Shown here: positions 45,483 to 55,439 of the stretch, piece after piece
How the letters are laid out: every line of letters starts with the position of its first letter
How positions within the stretch are numbered: the first letter of the stretch is position 1
Assembly: GCA_963811895.1 (NCBI GenBank)
Contig: CAWETE010000001.1
Span: forward strand, 76,160-140,159
Source of the DNA: an uncultured Solirubrobacteraceae bacterium
Lineage (GTDB): Bacteria > Actinomycetota > Thermoleophilia > Solirubrobacterales > Solirubrobacteraceae
Direction: 5' to 3'
DNA: 64,000 nt
Notes under the pieces: generated by a model
Databases searched by the model: none
The model's input: the letters and a program-made list of their open reading frames with translations, nothing else
What the model was told of the DNA's origin: nothing
Translations under genes and position numbers: made by a program

Positions 45483-47283
45483 CTAGACCGTCCCCGTGAT
45501 CGACCACTGGCCGATGCGGCCGCCGACCGGGATGTCCGGACCGGTCGGGCCCTGGCCCCAGAAGAAGTCACCGATGTTGGTGACGCCGCCGGGGGCGATG
45601 TTGCCCATCGACCGGTACACGACGCCGCTCGGCTCCTTGTCGATCGCCATCTGCGCCCAGGCGTTGCGGACCGTGAGGGCCGGCAGCGTCCACCAGAGGA
45701 TCTGGCGCGGGAACAGGTAGCTCGCGAACGTGCCGCCCGTGCCGCCGCCGACGCAGTAGGCGTTGGTGTGGAAGCCGTTCAGCATGTGCAGGCCGTCCAT
45801 CGTGCCGCCCCAGCGGCCGAAGTAGTTGTGCGTGCCGTTGGTGTCGCGCAGCACCTGGCAGGACTCGAGCTGCATCCACTCCAGGTCGCGGTCGCCCCAG
45901 CGGGCGTCGCCGGGCGTGATCTCGGTGTCGTCGATCGAGCTCTTGAACGTGAAGCCGCCGGACCAGCCGTGGCCGGTGTACCACTGGGCGTCGACGTTGT
46001 CGACGTAGAGGTGGTCCCAGCCGCCGAGGGCCTGGCTCTTGAAGTCCTTCTCGAGTGCGGCGAAGCCACGCCAGTCGAAGGCGGTCGGGACGCGAGTGCG
46101 CGGCCATCACGTTCTTGAAGCCGATGGCGGAGTCCTGCGCGCACTGCCACTCGTCGACGGTCTGCTCGATGCCGACGTCGGTCGGGCCCACGGCCAGCTT
46201 GCCGAAGCCGCCGCCGCCCGGAGTGGTCTCGGCGCTCGCCGTGCCGTCGCCGTCGAGGGTGACGGAGGCGGTTGCGCTCAGGCCGTTGCGGTCGGTGACC
46301 TCGAGCGTCACGGTCTCAGCATCGGTCGTCTTGCCGCGCGGGCGCCGCTCGAAGGCGATCTGCTCGCCCTCGTTGTCGGTCAGCGCGGTGCTCGACGAGG
46401 ACCACTTGTAGACGGAGCCGTCGCCGGCGGCCTCGCCGAGGATCTTCTCGCCGCTGCGGCTGACCTCGATCTTGGCCTTCGGGCCGATGCCCTCGATCGC
46501 CGGGACCTGCAGGTGCGCCTGCTGGCCGCGCTCGCTCGACGGGTTGCAGGTGTAGCTGGGGTAGATCGTCTCGACGGCGCCGAGCGCGGGCAGCAGGTAG
46601 CCGAGCGTCGGCTCGCCCTGCTGGACGCCCTTGTCGTAGAGCTGCTCACAGGCCTTGCGGGCCTCGTCGGAGGGGATGATCGGCTCCTCGCCGGCCTTCT
46701 CGAGCTTGCGCAGCGTGCTGGAGAGCTGGGTGACGGTGCCGTCAGGAGCGAAGGTGATGCGCAGCTTCGCGCCCTGGCCGGTGGCCGGCAGCCCGCCGAG
46801 CGTGAGGTCGTGCGACACCGTGGTGTCGAGCGCGTACTCGTTCGTCGGCTTGCCCGCGCGGTCGGAGAGCGTGAGCTTGGCGTGCGAGACCTTCGGGTTG
46901 AGCTCGAGATCCAGCTTGCCGAGCAGCTCGGTGAGCCAGGACGCCCGCTCGAGCGCATCCTCAGCACCGATCGGCTTCAGCCTGGCGAGCGCCCGGGTGT
47001 CGAGCGACTCCGAGTCGGTCCGCCGGCCGGCCTCGTCCTTGCCGGTGGCGACCTGCCGCGTCGGGACCTTGGCGAACTCCTCGCTGACGTAGCCGAAGGC
47101 GCCGTTCTCCTGCAGGGCGTTGGGGATGCGGTACGCCTCGGCGAGCTTCGCGCCCTCGTCGGCGGTCATGCCCTCCTGCGTGACTTTGTAGACCGGGGCG
47201 GTCTCGGCGGCCGATGCCGGCTGCGCCAGGACGAGTGCGACGCCTGTGCCCGCGAGGGCGGCGGCGACGGTGGTGCGCTTCAT
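45483..47283 (-). CDS. Secreted hypothetical protein (~600 aa) with a conserved Cys/Trp/Gly-rich C-terminal domain; one frame change near 46090
   Basis: ATG 47283. Signal peptide MKRTTVAAALAGTGVALVLAQPASAA. ORF 45568..47283 is coherent to ...DEWQCAQDSAIGFKNVMAAHS, then the sequence continues in the frame of ORF 45483..45875: ...RVPTAFDWRGFAALEKDFKSQALGGWDHLYVDNVDAQWYTGHGW...YCVGGGTGGTF...GQWSITGTV*. Confidence 0.55.
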
Positions 47284-47376
47284 CCTGTCTCCTGGATGTA
47301 GGGGGGTGGGGGCGCACCACCCTGGACAGGGGCCCTTGGCCGAAGCTTGGGCCGACTTTGGACGAACTTTGGCGGG

Positions 47377-47922
47377 TCAGGCGGCGAGCGCCTGGCGCGC
47401 GCGGAACAGCCGGCTCATGATCGTCCCGGTCGGCACGTCCATCGTCGCGGCGGCCTCCTTGTAGGAGAGCCCGAGCAGGTCGACGGCGACCAGCGCGTCG
47501 CGCTGATGCTCCGGCAGCTCGGCGATCTTGGCGTACAGCTGGCGGGCCTCGAACGCGCGCTCGGGGTCGGCGGCGCGGCTGGACTCGTAGCGCTCCATGT
47601 CCTCCGGCGCGGTGGCCGTGGCGGGGCGGCGGGCCAGCGTGCGGCGGTTCGAGATGAAGGTGTTGCGCAGCACGCGCAGCAGGTAGCCGAGGTCGTCGCC
47701 GTTGGTGACGAGGCGCGGCTTGGAGAGCACGCGGACGCAGACGTCCTGGACGAGATCCTCGGCGTCGGCGGGCGAGCCGGTCATGCCGAGGGCGGCGCGG
47801 TACAGGCGATCCAGATGGTCGCCGAGGCGGTTGGCGTCGAGGACGTGGGGAGCTGCGGCGGGGGCCGGCTTCAGTCGGGCGGAGACGCCGTAACGGGGGG
47901 CGGCAAGTGCGAGCGTCGTCAT
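47377..47922 (-). CDS. ECF-subfamily RNA polymerase sigma factor
   Basis: Region 2 (DAEDLVQDVCVRVLSKPRLVTNGDDLGYLLRVLRNTFISNRR) and region 4 (LPEHQRDALVAVDLLGLSYKEAAATMDVPTGTIMSRLFRARQAL). ATG 47922, or an internal start slightly downstream. Confidence 0.8.
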   Translation of the reverse strand: MTTLALAAPRYGVSARLKPAPAAAPHVLDANRLGDHLDRLYRAALGMTGSPADAEDLVQDVCVRVLSKPRLVTNGDDLGYLLRVLRNTFISNRRTLARRPATATAPEDMERYESSRAADPERAFEARQLYAKIAELPEHQRDALVAVDLLGLSYKEAAATMDVPTGTIMSRLFRARQALAA

Positions 47923-47992
47923 GCCGAGCAAGCTCCCAGCGGCCTCCCCCCGCAACCACGGGGGGACCCCCTGAACCAACCCCCTCAACCCC

Positions 47993-48089
47993 AAGGGGGG
48001 TCTGACCCCCCTTGCTCTGTCGCGCGGCACGCGAACGGCTCTACAGCGCGGTTTCGGCCTCGGCGATTAAGGGGGGTCTGACCCCCCTT
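47993..48089. repeat. Two identical 21-nt G6/C6 perfect hairpins (aaggggggtctgaccccccctt-type; 47993-48013 and 48069-48089) 76 nt apart, plus G/C-run-rich spacer, between the LAL regulator 3' end and the ECF sigma start
   Basis: Each is a 9-10-bp perfect stem with a 1-3-nt loop. A third, imperfect G6-a-C5 motif sits at ~47960-47975. The region contains no ORF. Confidence 0.6.
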
Positions 48090-48095
48090 GGGGTG

Positions 48096-51007
48096 CTAGT
48101 GGGCCGCTCGGGTGCGGCCGACGGCCTGGGCGACCTCGGCGCGGGAGGTGACGCCGAGCTTGGCGAAGATGCGCGTGAGGTGGCCCTCGACGGTCTTCTC
48201 GGAGAGGAAGAGCTCGGCGCCGATCTCGCGGTTGGTGCGGCCCTCGGCGACCAGCTCGGCGATCTCGCGCTCGCGGCCGGAGAGGGCGTCGAGGCCTTCG
48301 CCGCTGGCGCGGCGCTGGCGGGCGGAGACGCGCTCGCCGAGCCGGCGCAGCTCGCGCGCGGCCTCGTCGCGGTAGCGGGCGGCGCCGAGCTGGGACAGCT
48401 CGGACTCGGCGCGGGTGAGCTCGGCCACGCCCTCGTCGCGCCGCCCGGCCGCGGCCAGCGCCATGCCGGCGAGCGTCCGGCAGCGCGCGGCGGCCAGCGG
48501 GACGTCGACCGACTCGGCGCGCTCGGCGCCTTCGAGCGCCAGCGTCGCGGCGGCCTCCGCGTCACCGGCCTCGAGCACGACCGCGGCGCGCGCGTGCAGC
48601 ACCCACGCCTCGGCCAGCGGCAGCCCGAGCCCGCCGACGATCTGCTCGCCGCGCTCCGCCCACCGCACGGCCGCGTCGCGGTCGCCGCGAGCGAGCTCGG
48701 CACGCGCCAGCGCCGCGTACATCCACGCGCGCCGGCCCGGCTCGATCGAGGGGAGGTCCGGCAGGCCGACGGCGCGCACGGCGGCCAGGCAGCGGTCGAC
48801 CTCGCCGAGGTCGGCCCACAGCACGCCCAGGTGCGCGTGCGTGCCGCGCGTGAGCACGCTGTCGTCGAGCCCTTCGAGCAGGGCCACCGCCTCGTCGCCC
48901 GCGGCGCGCGCCCGGTCGACGTCGCCGAGATCGGCCACCGTCCACGCGTTGGCGACCAGCGCGAACACGACCAGCTGCCGGTTGCCGGCCAGCCGCGCGG
49001 CCTCGACCGCGCCGTCGGCGGTCTCCGCCGCCTCGGCGAGGAACCCGCGCGTCTGCAGCGCATGCGCGAGCCCGATCATCATCGGGACCACGAACTGGCC
49101 CTGGCCGATCGCGCGCGAGACGTTGATACCGCGCCGCAGGTGGCGGATCGCGTCGTCGTAGTGCTCGCAGAAGAACTCCGCGAAGCCGAAGTAGTACGGC
49201 GCGTCGAGCCGCAGCATGAGCTGGTCGTCGGGCAGCGCGTCGAGGAGCGCCGCGCACTGCACGCGGGCGGCCTCCGCGGCCTCAGGGTCGCCCCGGTTGT
49301 ACTCGGCGAAGCACAGCAGCGCCGTGGCCAGCGCCTCGAGCCCGCGGTCGCCGAGCCGCCGCGCCGTCTCGGCCGCGCGCGTCGCCCACTGACGCATCGC
49401 CTCGAAGTCGCTGTCGTAGAGCGCGTCGGCGGCCAGCTCGGCGTGCAGGGCGGCGGCCGCCGCGCCGTCCTGGTCGTCGAGCGCCTGCAGCGCGTCGAGC
49501 AGCCGCGCATGAGCCGCGTCGTGGCGGCCGAGCAGGTTCTCGCACGCCGCGCACGCGGCGATCAGGCGCACGCGCAGGTCGGGCAGCTCCACCAGCGCCA
49601 GCGCCTCGACGAGCGCCTCCAGCGCGCGCTCGAGCCGCCCGGTGGCGGCCAGCGCGCCCGCCAGCGGGACGAGCAGCCCGAGCCGGCGCACCGGGTCGAC
49701 CGCCGCCGGCTCGGGCGGAGGCGGCACAGGGCCGGCCGAGTCGCCGCCCAGCAGGCGCAGCGCCGCCTCGAACCAGCGGGCGGCTATCGCCGGCGCGCGG
49801 GCGGCGGCCTGGTGGCCGGCCTGCTCGAGCACCGCGGCGGCCGCCTCGTCGCCGATCTTCGCCGAGCGCTCGACGTGGTGCGCGCGCGCCGCCAGCGCAC
49901 CCGGCCGGTCGGTCAGCGCGGCCGCGGCGCGGGCGTGCGCCTCCAGCCTCCACGCCTCGCCGGCGCCGTCGTACACCGCGCGGCGCACGAGCGGGTGGCG
50001 GAAGCGATAGCGGCGCGCAACGTCGGTCGGCCCGGCGATGTGTGCGGCCAGCAGCTGGTCGAGCGCGGCCAGCGTCTCGCGCTCGTCCATGCCGGCGGCG
50101 GCGCCCGCGAGGTCGAGGTCGAACGGCTCGCCCGCCACCGCGGCGCCCCAGCCGAGCCGCCGGGCCGGCTCCGGCAGGCCGGCGATCTCCTGGCCGAGCG
50201 CGGCCGCCACGGCCGGCGGCACGCCCACGTGCTCGCCTCCGTGCCGGGCTCGGCGGCGGCCGGCGCGGGCGCCCGCGCCAGCTCCTCGAGGTAGAACGGG
50301 TTGCCGCCGCTCTGGCGGTAGATCGCCGGCAGCGCCGGGGCGCCGAGCAGCACGCCGGCCTCGGCCTCGGTGAGCGGTCCGAGCCCGATCTCGCTCACGA
50401 GCCCGTCGCGGGCGGCCTGGTCGAGCGCGGCCAGCAGGCTGTTGGGCACCTGCCCGGCGCGGAAGGCGAGCGCGATCAGCACGGGCGCCGGCGGCGGGCG
50501 CCGCAGGAGGTGGGCGATCAGCTCGAGCGAAGCATCGTCGGCCCAGTGCACGTCATCGAGCATCAGCACGACGGGATGGCCCATCGCCAGCCGCTGCAGC
50601 AGCGCGCGGACCGCGCGGTAGGCGTGGAAGCGCTCGTCCTGCAGGCCGCCCGCGCTCGCCCCCGAGCCGGCCGACGGCAGCACGCGCGCGAGCTCGGCCA
50701 CGCGCTCGCCGATCAGCGCCTCCAGCTTGCGCTCGCCGAGCGTGCCCACGTGGTCGTCGAGCGCGTCGATCCAGATCCCGAACGGCACTTCGAGCTCCAG
50801 CTCCGCGCCACGGCCCACGAACACGGCGTGCCGGCGCTCGGCGGCGCGCTCGGCGAGCTGGCCGAGCAGCCGCGTCTTGCCGATCCCGGGCTCGCCGCTG
50901 ATCACCAGGAAGCGGGCGCGCGCACCGCGCAGGCCGTCCAACGTGGCATCGATCGCCGCCAGCTCCTGGCGGCGCCCGACGAACTGCTTCTGCTGCGCCA
51001 GCGTCAC
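48096..51007 (-). CDS. LuxR-family large ATP-binding (LAL / STAND-type) transcriptional regulator: N-terminal AAA/P-loop NTPase, central TPR-like helical repeats, C-terminal LuxR HTH; one frame change near 50240
   Basis: GTG 51007. Walker [12 protein letters not shown] and Walker [13 protein letters not shown] in ORF 49913..51007. After ...[12 protein letters not shown] the frame switches to ORF 48096..50228 (...[23 protein letters not shown]...). C-terminal [42 protein letters not shown]. Confidence 0.7.
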
Positions 51008-51039
51008 CTGACCACCGACCCTAATCGACCCTCGCCGCC

Positions 51040-51717
51040 GTGAACAGGCGTGCCAGCCGCACCATCCGTAGGCTGCGCGGCGTGCATGATCTGAGCCCGG
51101 AAGAGGTGCGCGTCCTGGGCTGCCTGCTCGAGAAGCAGCGCACGACGCCGGACACCTATCCCCTGACGCTGAACGCCCTGCGTGCGGCGTGCAACCAGAG
51201 CACGAACCGCGAGCCGGTCCTCGCCTACGACGAGGAGACGATCCGCGACGCGCTCGACCGCCTCGGCCGCCGCCGCTTCACGCGGCTGACGAGCTACCAC
51301 GGCAGCCGCGCCGCCAAGTTCCGCCACCTGCTCGACGAGGCGCTGCAGATCGGCCCGGAGGAGCAGGCGGTGCTGGCCGTGATGATGCTGCGCGGCCCGC
51401 AGACCCCGGGCGAGCTGCTGCAGCGCACCGAGCGCCTGCACCGCTTCCCCGACATGGAGGCCCTGCACGCGGTGATCGACCGCCTGACGGAGCGCGAGCT
51501 GGTCGCGCGCTACGACCGCCGCCCCGGCCAGCGCGAGGACCGCTACGGCCACCTGCTCGGCGACGAGGCCGAGGAGGAGCCCTCGACCGCCCCGCCGCCG
51601 CCACGCCCCGTGCCGGTCGCCGCCCCCCGCGAGGACGACCGGCTGGACCGGCTCGAGCGCGAGCTGGCGGAGCTGCGCGCCGAGGTCGCCGCCCTGCGCG
51701 AGGAGCTCGGCGCGTGA
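51040..51717 (+). CDS. DUF480 / YceH-family protein (winged-helix, UPF0502)
   Basis: LSPEEVRVLGCLLEKQRTTPDTYPLTLNALRAACNQSTNREPV is the hallmark YceH N-terminus. Acidic/Pro-rich linker and coiled-coil C-terminus. Its stop overlaps the next ATG (TGATG). Confidence 0.75.
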   Translation: MNRRASRTIRRLRGVHDLSPEEVRVLGCLLEKQRTTPDTYPLTLNALRAACNQSTNREPVLAYDEETIRDALDRLGRRRFTRLTSYHGSRAAKFRHLLDEALQIGPEEQAVLAVMMLRGPQTPGELLQRTERLHRFPDMEALHAVIDRLTERELVARYDRRPGQREDRYGHLLGDEAEEEPSTAPPPPRPVPVAAPREDDRLDRLERELAELRAEVAALREELGA

Positions 51718-52730
51718 TGCGCTCGCGCACGGTCGAGACCGATCGCCTGCGCACGCATCTGGTCGAGACCGGGCCCGAGGACGGCATCCCCGTCGTGCTG
51801 CTGCACGGCAACCTCTCGACCGGCCGCTTCTTCGCGCACCTGGAGCCGCCCGCCGGCTACCGCCTGATCGCGCCCGACATGCGCGGCTTCGGCGACAGCG
51901 AGCGCAAGCCGATCGACGCCACGCGCGGCCTGCGCGACTGGGCCGACGACACCCGCGCGCTGGTCCGCGCGCTCGGCATCGAGCGGCCGATCCACATCGC
52001 CGGCTGGTCGACGGGCGGCGCCGCGGCCGCGCACTACGCGATGGAGCACCCGGTGACCTCGCTCACGCTGATCGACCCCGTCTCGCCGTACGGCTTCGGC
52101 GGCACGCGCCTCGACGGCACGCCCTGCCACGCCGACTACGCGGGCTCGGGCGGCGGCGTCGCCAGCCCCGACTTCGTCCAGCGCCTGGCCGCGGGCGACC
52201 GCAGCTCGGAGGCGACCACCTCGCCGCGCAGCGTCATGACCAGCTCGTACTGGTCGCCCACCCATCAGGAGCCGCGCGAGGAGGAGCTGCTGGACGAGCT
52301 GCTCAAGTCGGCGATCGGCGACGACTTCTACCCCGGCGACCTGACCGAGTCCGGGAACTGGCCCGGCGTCGCCCCGGGCACGCGCGGGATCATCAACGCG
52401 ATCTCGCCGAAGTACTGCGACTGGTCAGGGCTCGCTGACCTGGACTCGAAGCCTCCGATCCTGTGGACTTACGGGAGCGAGGACGTGGTGATCTCCGACA
52501 GCTCCGCATGGGACGTCGGCATGCTCGGCCAGGCCGGCCACGTTCCCGGCTGGCCGGGAGAGGACGCCCACCCGCCGCAGCCGATGGTGTCGCAGACGGC
52601 GGCGCTGCTCGAGCGCTGCGGCGACGTCCGCGTCGAGCGCTTCGAGGGCTCGGGCCACTTCCCGCCGATCGACGCGGCCGAGCGCTGGAGCCAGGTCTTC
52701 TTCGGCTTCCTCGAGGACGCCGAGCGGTGA
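51717..52730 (+). CDS. Alpha/beta-hydrolase-fold protein
   Basis: VVLLHGNLSTGRFF...HIAGWSTGGAAAAHYAMEHP (GxSxG)...GSGHFPPIDAAERW. 337 aa. Its stop overlaps the next GTG (GTGA). Confidence 0.7.
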   Translation: MRSRTVETDRLRTHLVETGPEDGIPVVLLHGNLSTGRFFAHLEPPAGYRLIAPDMRGFGDSERKPIDATRGLRDWADDTRALVRALGIERPIHIAGWSTGGAAAAHYAMEHPVTSLTLIDPVSPYGFGGTRLDGTPCHADYAGSGGGVASPDFVQRLAAGDRSSEATTSPRSVMTSSYWSPTHQEPREEELLDELLKSAIGDDFYPGDLTESGNWPGVAPGTRGIINAISPKYCDWSGLADLDSKPPILWTYGSEDVVISDSSAWDVGMLGQAGHVPGWPGEDAHPPQPMVSQTAALLERCGDVRVERFEGSGHFPPIDAAERWSQVFFGFLEDAER

Positions 52731-54066
52731 CCGTCGCGTTCCAACAGCGCAAGCGCTGGCGGAACCACACGGGCAACCAGTCGATCGAGCCGCTGCGGAT
52801 CTACCGGCCCGCGACGCTCGAGGACGTGCAGGAGATCGTGCGCAGCGCCGAGCGCGACGGCGCCACCGTGCGCGCCGTCGGCTCCGGGCACTCGTGGTCG
52901 GACGTCGCGCTCACCACCGGCTACCTGGTGCGGCCCGAGCGGCTGAACCGGCCGCTCGAGATCGACGGCAACCTCGTGCGCGTGGAGGCCGGCATGCGCA
53001 TCCGCGAGCTCAACCGGCATCTCGACGACAACGGGCTCGCGTTGTCGAACATGGGCGGCTACGACGCCCAGACCGTGGCGGGCGTCATGTCCACCGCCAC
53101 CCACGGCTCCGGGATCTCCTTCGGCCCGATCGCCGACGCCGTCCGCTCGCTCGAGCTCGTGGCGAGCGGCGGGCGGGTCATCCGCATCGAGCGGGGCGAC
53201 GCCATGTTCGACGCGGCGGTCGTCTCCATGGGCTGCATGGGGGTGATCTACGCGGCCACCCTCGAGGTCGAGCCCGCGTACTGGCTGACCGAGGTGCGCG
53301 AGCTGTCGACCTGGGCGCAGCAGCGCGAGCGGATCCCCGAGGCGCTCCGGGTCAACCGCCACTACGAGGTGTACCTGAACCTCTACGGCGAGCACCGCTG
53401 CATCGCCTGCCGGCGCAACCGCACCACCGATCACCGCCGCAAGCGCGCGACCGACCGCCTGCGCCGCCACTGGTGGCTCGAGCTCGCCAGCCGCTCGAAG
53501 GTCATCCCCTTCCTCGGCAACCTGGTGCTCGACGCGCTGCCGGACACGGCGCCCGCCCGCACCGACCAGCTGCTCGGCTTCCTCGCCGACAACGAGTACA
53601 CGGGCCCTCGTACAAGGTGCTGAACATCGGCGCCGCCAACCTGCTGCCCGCCTACTCGTCGGAGCTGGCCGTGCCGCTCGACAACTTCGCCGAGGCGATC
53701 GACCGCCTGTTCGAGGTCGCCGCCCGCCACCGCGAGCTCGGCCGCGTCTACCACACCGGCCTCGTCGCCCTGCGCTTCGTGAAGGCCTCGCCCGCCTACC
53801 TGTCGATGATGCACGGGCGCGACACGATGATGATCGAGCTCATCCAGGCGACCGACACCGAGGGCGGCTTCGAGCTGCTCGGCGCCTACGAGGAGGCGCT
53901 GTACGACCTCGGCGGCCGCCCGCACTGGGGCCAGGTGAACACGCTCGCCGGCCCGCTGGACCGCATGTACCCGGAGTTCGACCGCTGGCTCGCCGTCCAC
54001 GACGAGCTCAACGCGACCGGCGTGTTCGACAGCCCGTTCTCGAAGCGCGTGGGCATCAGCAGGTAA
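52727..54066 (+). CDS. FAD-linked oxidase of the D-arabinono-1,4-lactone / L-gulonolactone oxidase (ALO) family; one frame change near 53605
   Basis: N-terminal FAD_binding_4 (RAVGSGHSWSDVA, STATHGSG). ORF 52463..53623 ends ...YTGPRTRC*. The shifted frame continues ...GPSYKVLNIGAANLLPAYSSELAVPLDNFAEAIDRLFE...GRPHWGQVNTLAG... (ALO C-domain) to 54066. A missing c in ggcccc is the likely cause. Confidence 0.65.
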
Positions 54067-54103
54067 GCGCCGGCCAAGCTTTCGCCAACCGGCGCGCGGG
54101 ACA

Positions 54104-55426
54104 GTGCCACTCATGCTCCCGCGGATGCTCGGAGCGGACACCGAGGTTGCGTGCGTCGACGGCCGGATGCTGCGATACGCGAACCTCGACTATGCCGCCA
54201 GCACACCTGTCATGGCCGATGTCTGGGCCGCCGTCGAGGCCTTCGTGCCCTGGTACAGCAGCGTGCACCGCGGCAGCGGCGTCAAGTCGCAGGTCGCGAC
54301 CGCCGAGTTCGAGGGCTCGCGCGACGTGGTCGCCGCCTTCGTGGGGGCCCGCGCGGACGACACCGTCGTCTTCGTGCGCAACACCACCGAGGCGATCAAC
54401 GTGCTCGCCGCCTCGCTGCCGGACGGCACGCGCGTGCTCTCCAGCACCGCCGAGCACCACGCCAACATGCTCCCCTGGCGGCGCCACGACGTCCGCCTGC
54501 TCCCCTTCACGCGCTCGCCCGACGAGCTGCTCGAGGCGACCGAGCGCGCGCTGCGCGCCGAGCGGATCGACCTCGTCGCCGTCACCGGCGCCTCCAACGT
54601 CACCGGCGAGGTGTGGCCGGTCGCCGAGCTCGCCCGGCTCGCGCACGAGCACGGCGCCGAGCTGTTCGTCGACGCCGCCCAGCTCGCCCCGCACCGCGCG
54701 ATCGACATGGCGCGCGCCGGGATCGACCACCTGGCGCTCTCCGGCCACAAGCTCTACGCCCCGTTCGGCTCGGGCGCGCTGGTCGGCCGCCTGCGCGAGG
54801 GGACGCCGCTGCTCTCCGGCGGCGGCGCCATCAAGCTCGTCACCGTCGACGACGTCACCTGGGCGCCCGCCCCGGACCGCTTCGAGGCCGGCTCGCCCAA
54901 CGTGGTCGGCGTGATCGCGCTGGCCGCCGCCTGCCGCAGCCTGATGGCGCTCGGCATGGACACGGTCGCCGCCCACGAGCGCTCGCTCGCCGTGCGGATG
55001 TGGACGGCGCTGGAGCGCGTCCCCGGCCTCGAGATGCTGACCCAGTGGGCGCCGGGCAGCGTCGACCGCGTCGGCGTCGCCACCTTCAACCTGGCCCGCT
55101 ACCGCGATCCGCTGCTGGCCGCCATCCTCAGCGCCGAGCACGCGATCGGCGTCCGCCACGGCTGCTTCTGCGCCCACCCGCTGATGACGCACCTGCTCGG
55201 CGTGCCGGACGGCGAGGCGGAGCGGTTCCACGCCGAGCTGCGCGCCGGCCGCTCGCCGCAGCTGCCGGGCGCGGTGCGCGCCAGCATCGGGATCGGGACC
55301 ACCGCGGAGGACATCGACCGGCTCGTCGGCGCCCTGCGCGAGATCGCCCGCTACGGCCCGCGCTCGCGCTACGTCCACGTGCCCGAGCACGACGAATACC
55401 GCGCCGAGCTGGCCGCGGCCGCTTGA
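54104..55426 (+). CDS. Class-V aminotransferase-fold PLP enzyme (cysteine desulfurase / SufS-CsdA-like)
   Basis: 440 aa. ...VTGASNVTGEVWPVAELARLAHEHGAELFVDAAQLAPHRAIDMARAGIDHLALSGHKLYAPFGSGAL (PLP-Lys in SGHK). Confidence 0.75.
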   Translation: MPLMLPRMLGADTEVACVDGRMLRYANLDYAASTPVMADVWAAVEAFVPWYSSVHRGSGVKSQVATAEFEGSRDVVAAFVGARADDTVVFVRNTTEAINVLAASLPDGTRVLSSTAEHHANMLPWRRHDVRLLPFTRSPDELLEATERALRAERIDLVAVTGASNVTGEVWPVAELARLAHEHGAELFVDAAQLAPHRAIDMARAGIDHLALSGHKLYAPFGSGALVGRLREGTPLLSGGGAIKLVTVDDVTWAPAPDRFEAGSPNVVGVIALAAACRSLMALGMDTVAAHERSLAVRMWTALERVPGLEMLTQWAPGSVDRVGVATFNLARYRDPLLAAILSAEHAIGVRHGCFCAHPLMTHLLGVPDGEAERFHAELRAGRSPQLPGAVRASIGIGTTAEDIDRLVGALREIARYGPRSRYVHVPEHDEYRAELAAAA

Positions 55427-55439
55427 GAATTCCTGCACG

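Noticed and set aside
48096-51007. The two STAND/AAA-type NTPases (48096..51007 and 62654..end) were considered as Avs-like antiviral defence ATPases.
   Set aside because: Both have the classic LAL architecture with a C-terminal LuxR-type HTH (seen for the complete one) and no nuclease or effector domain. They are transcription regulators.
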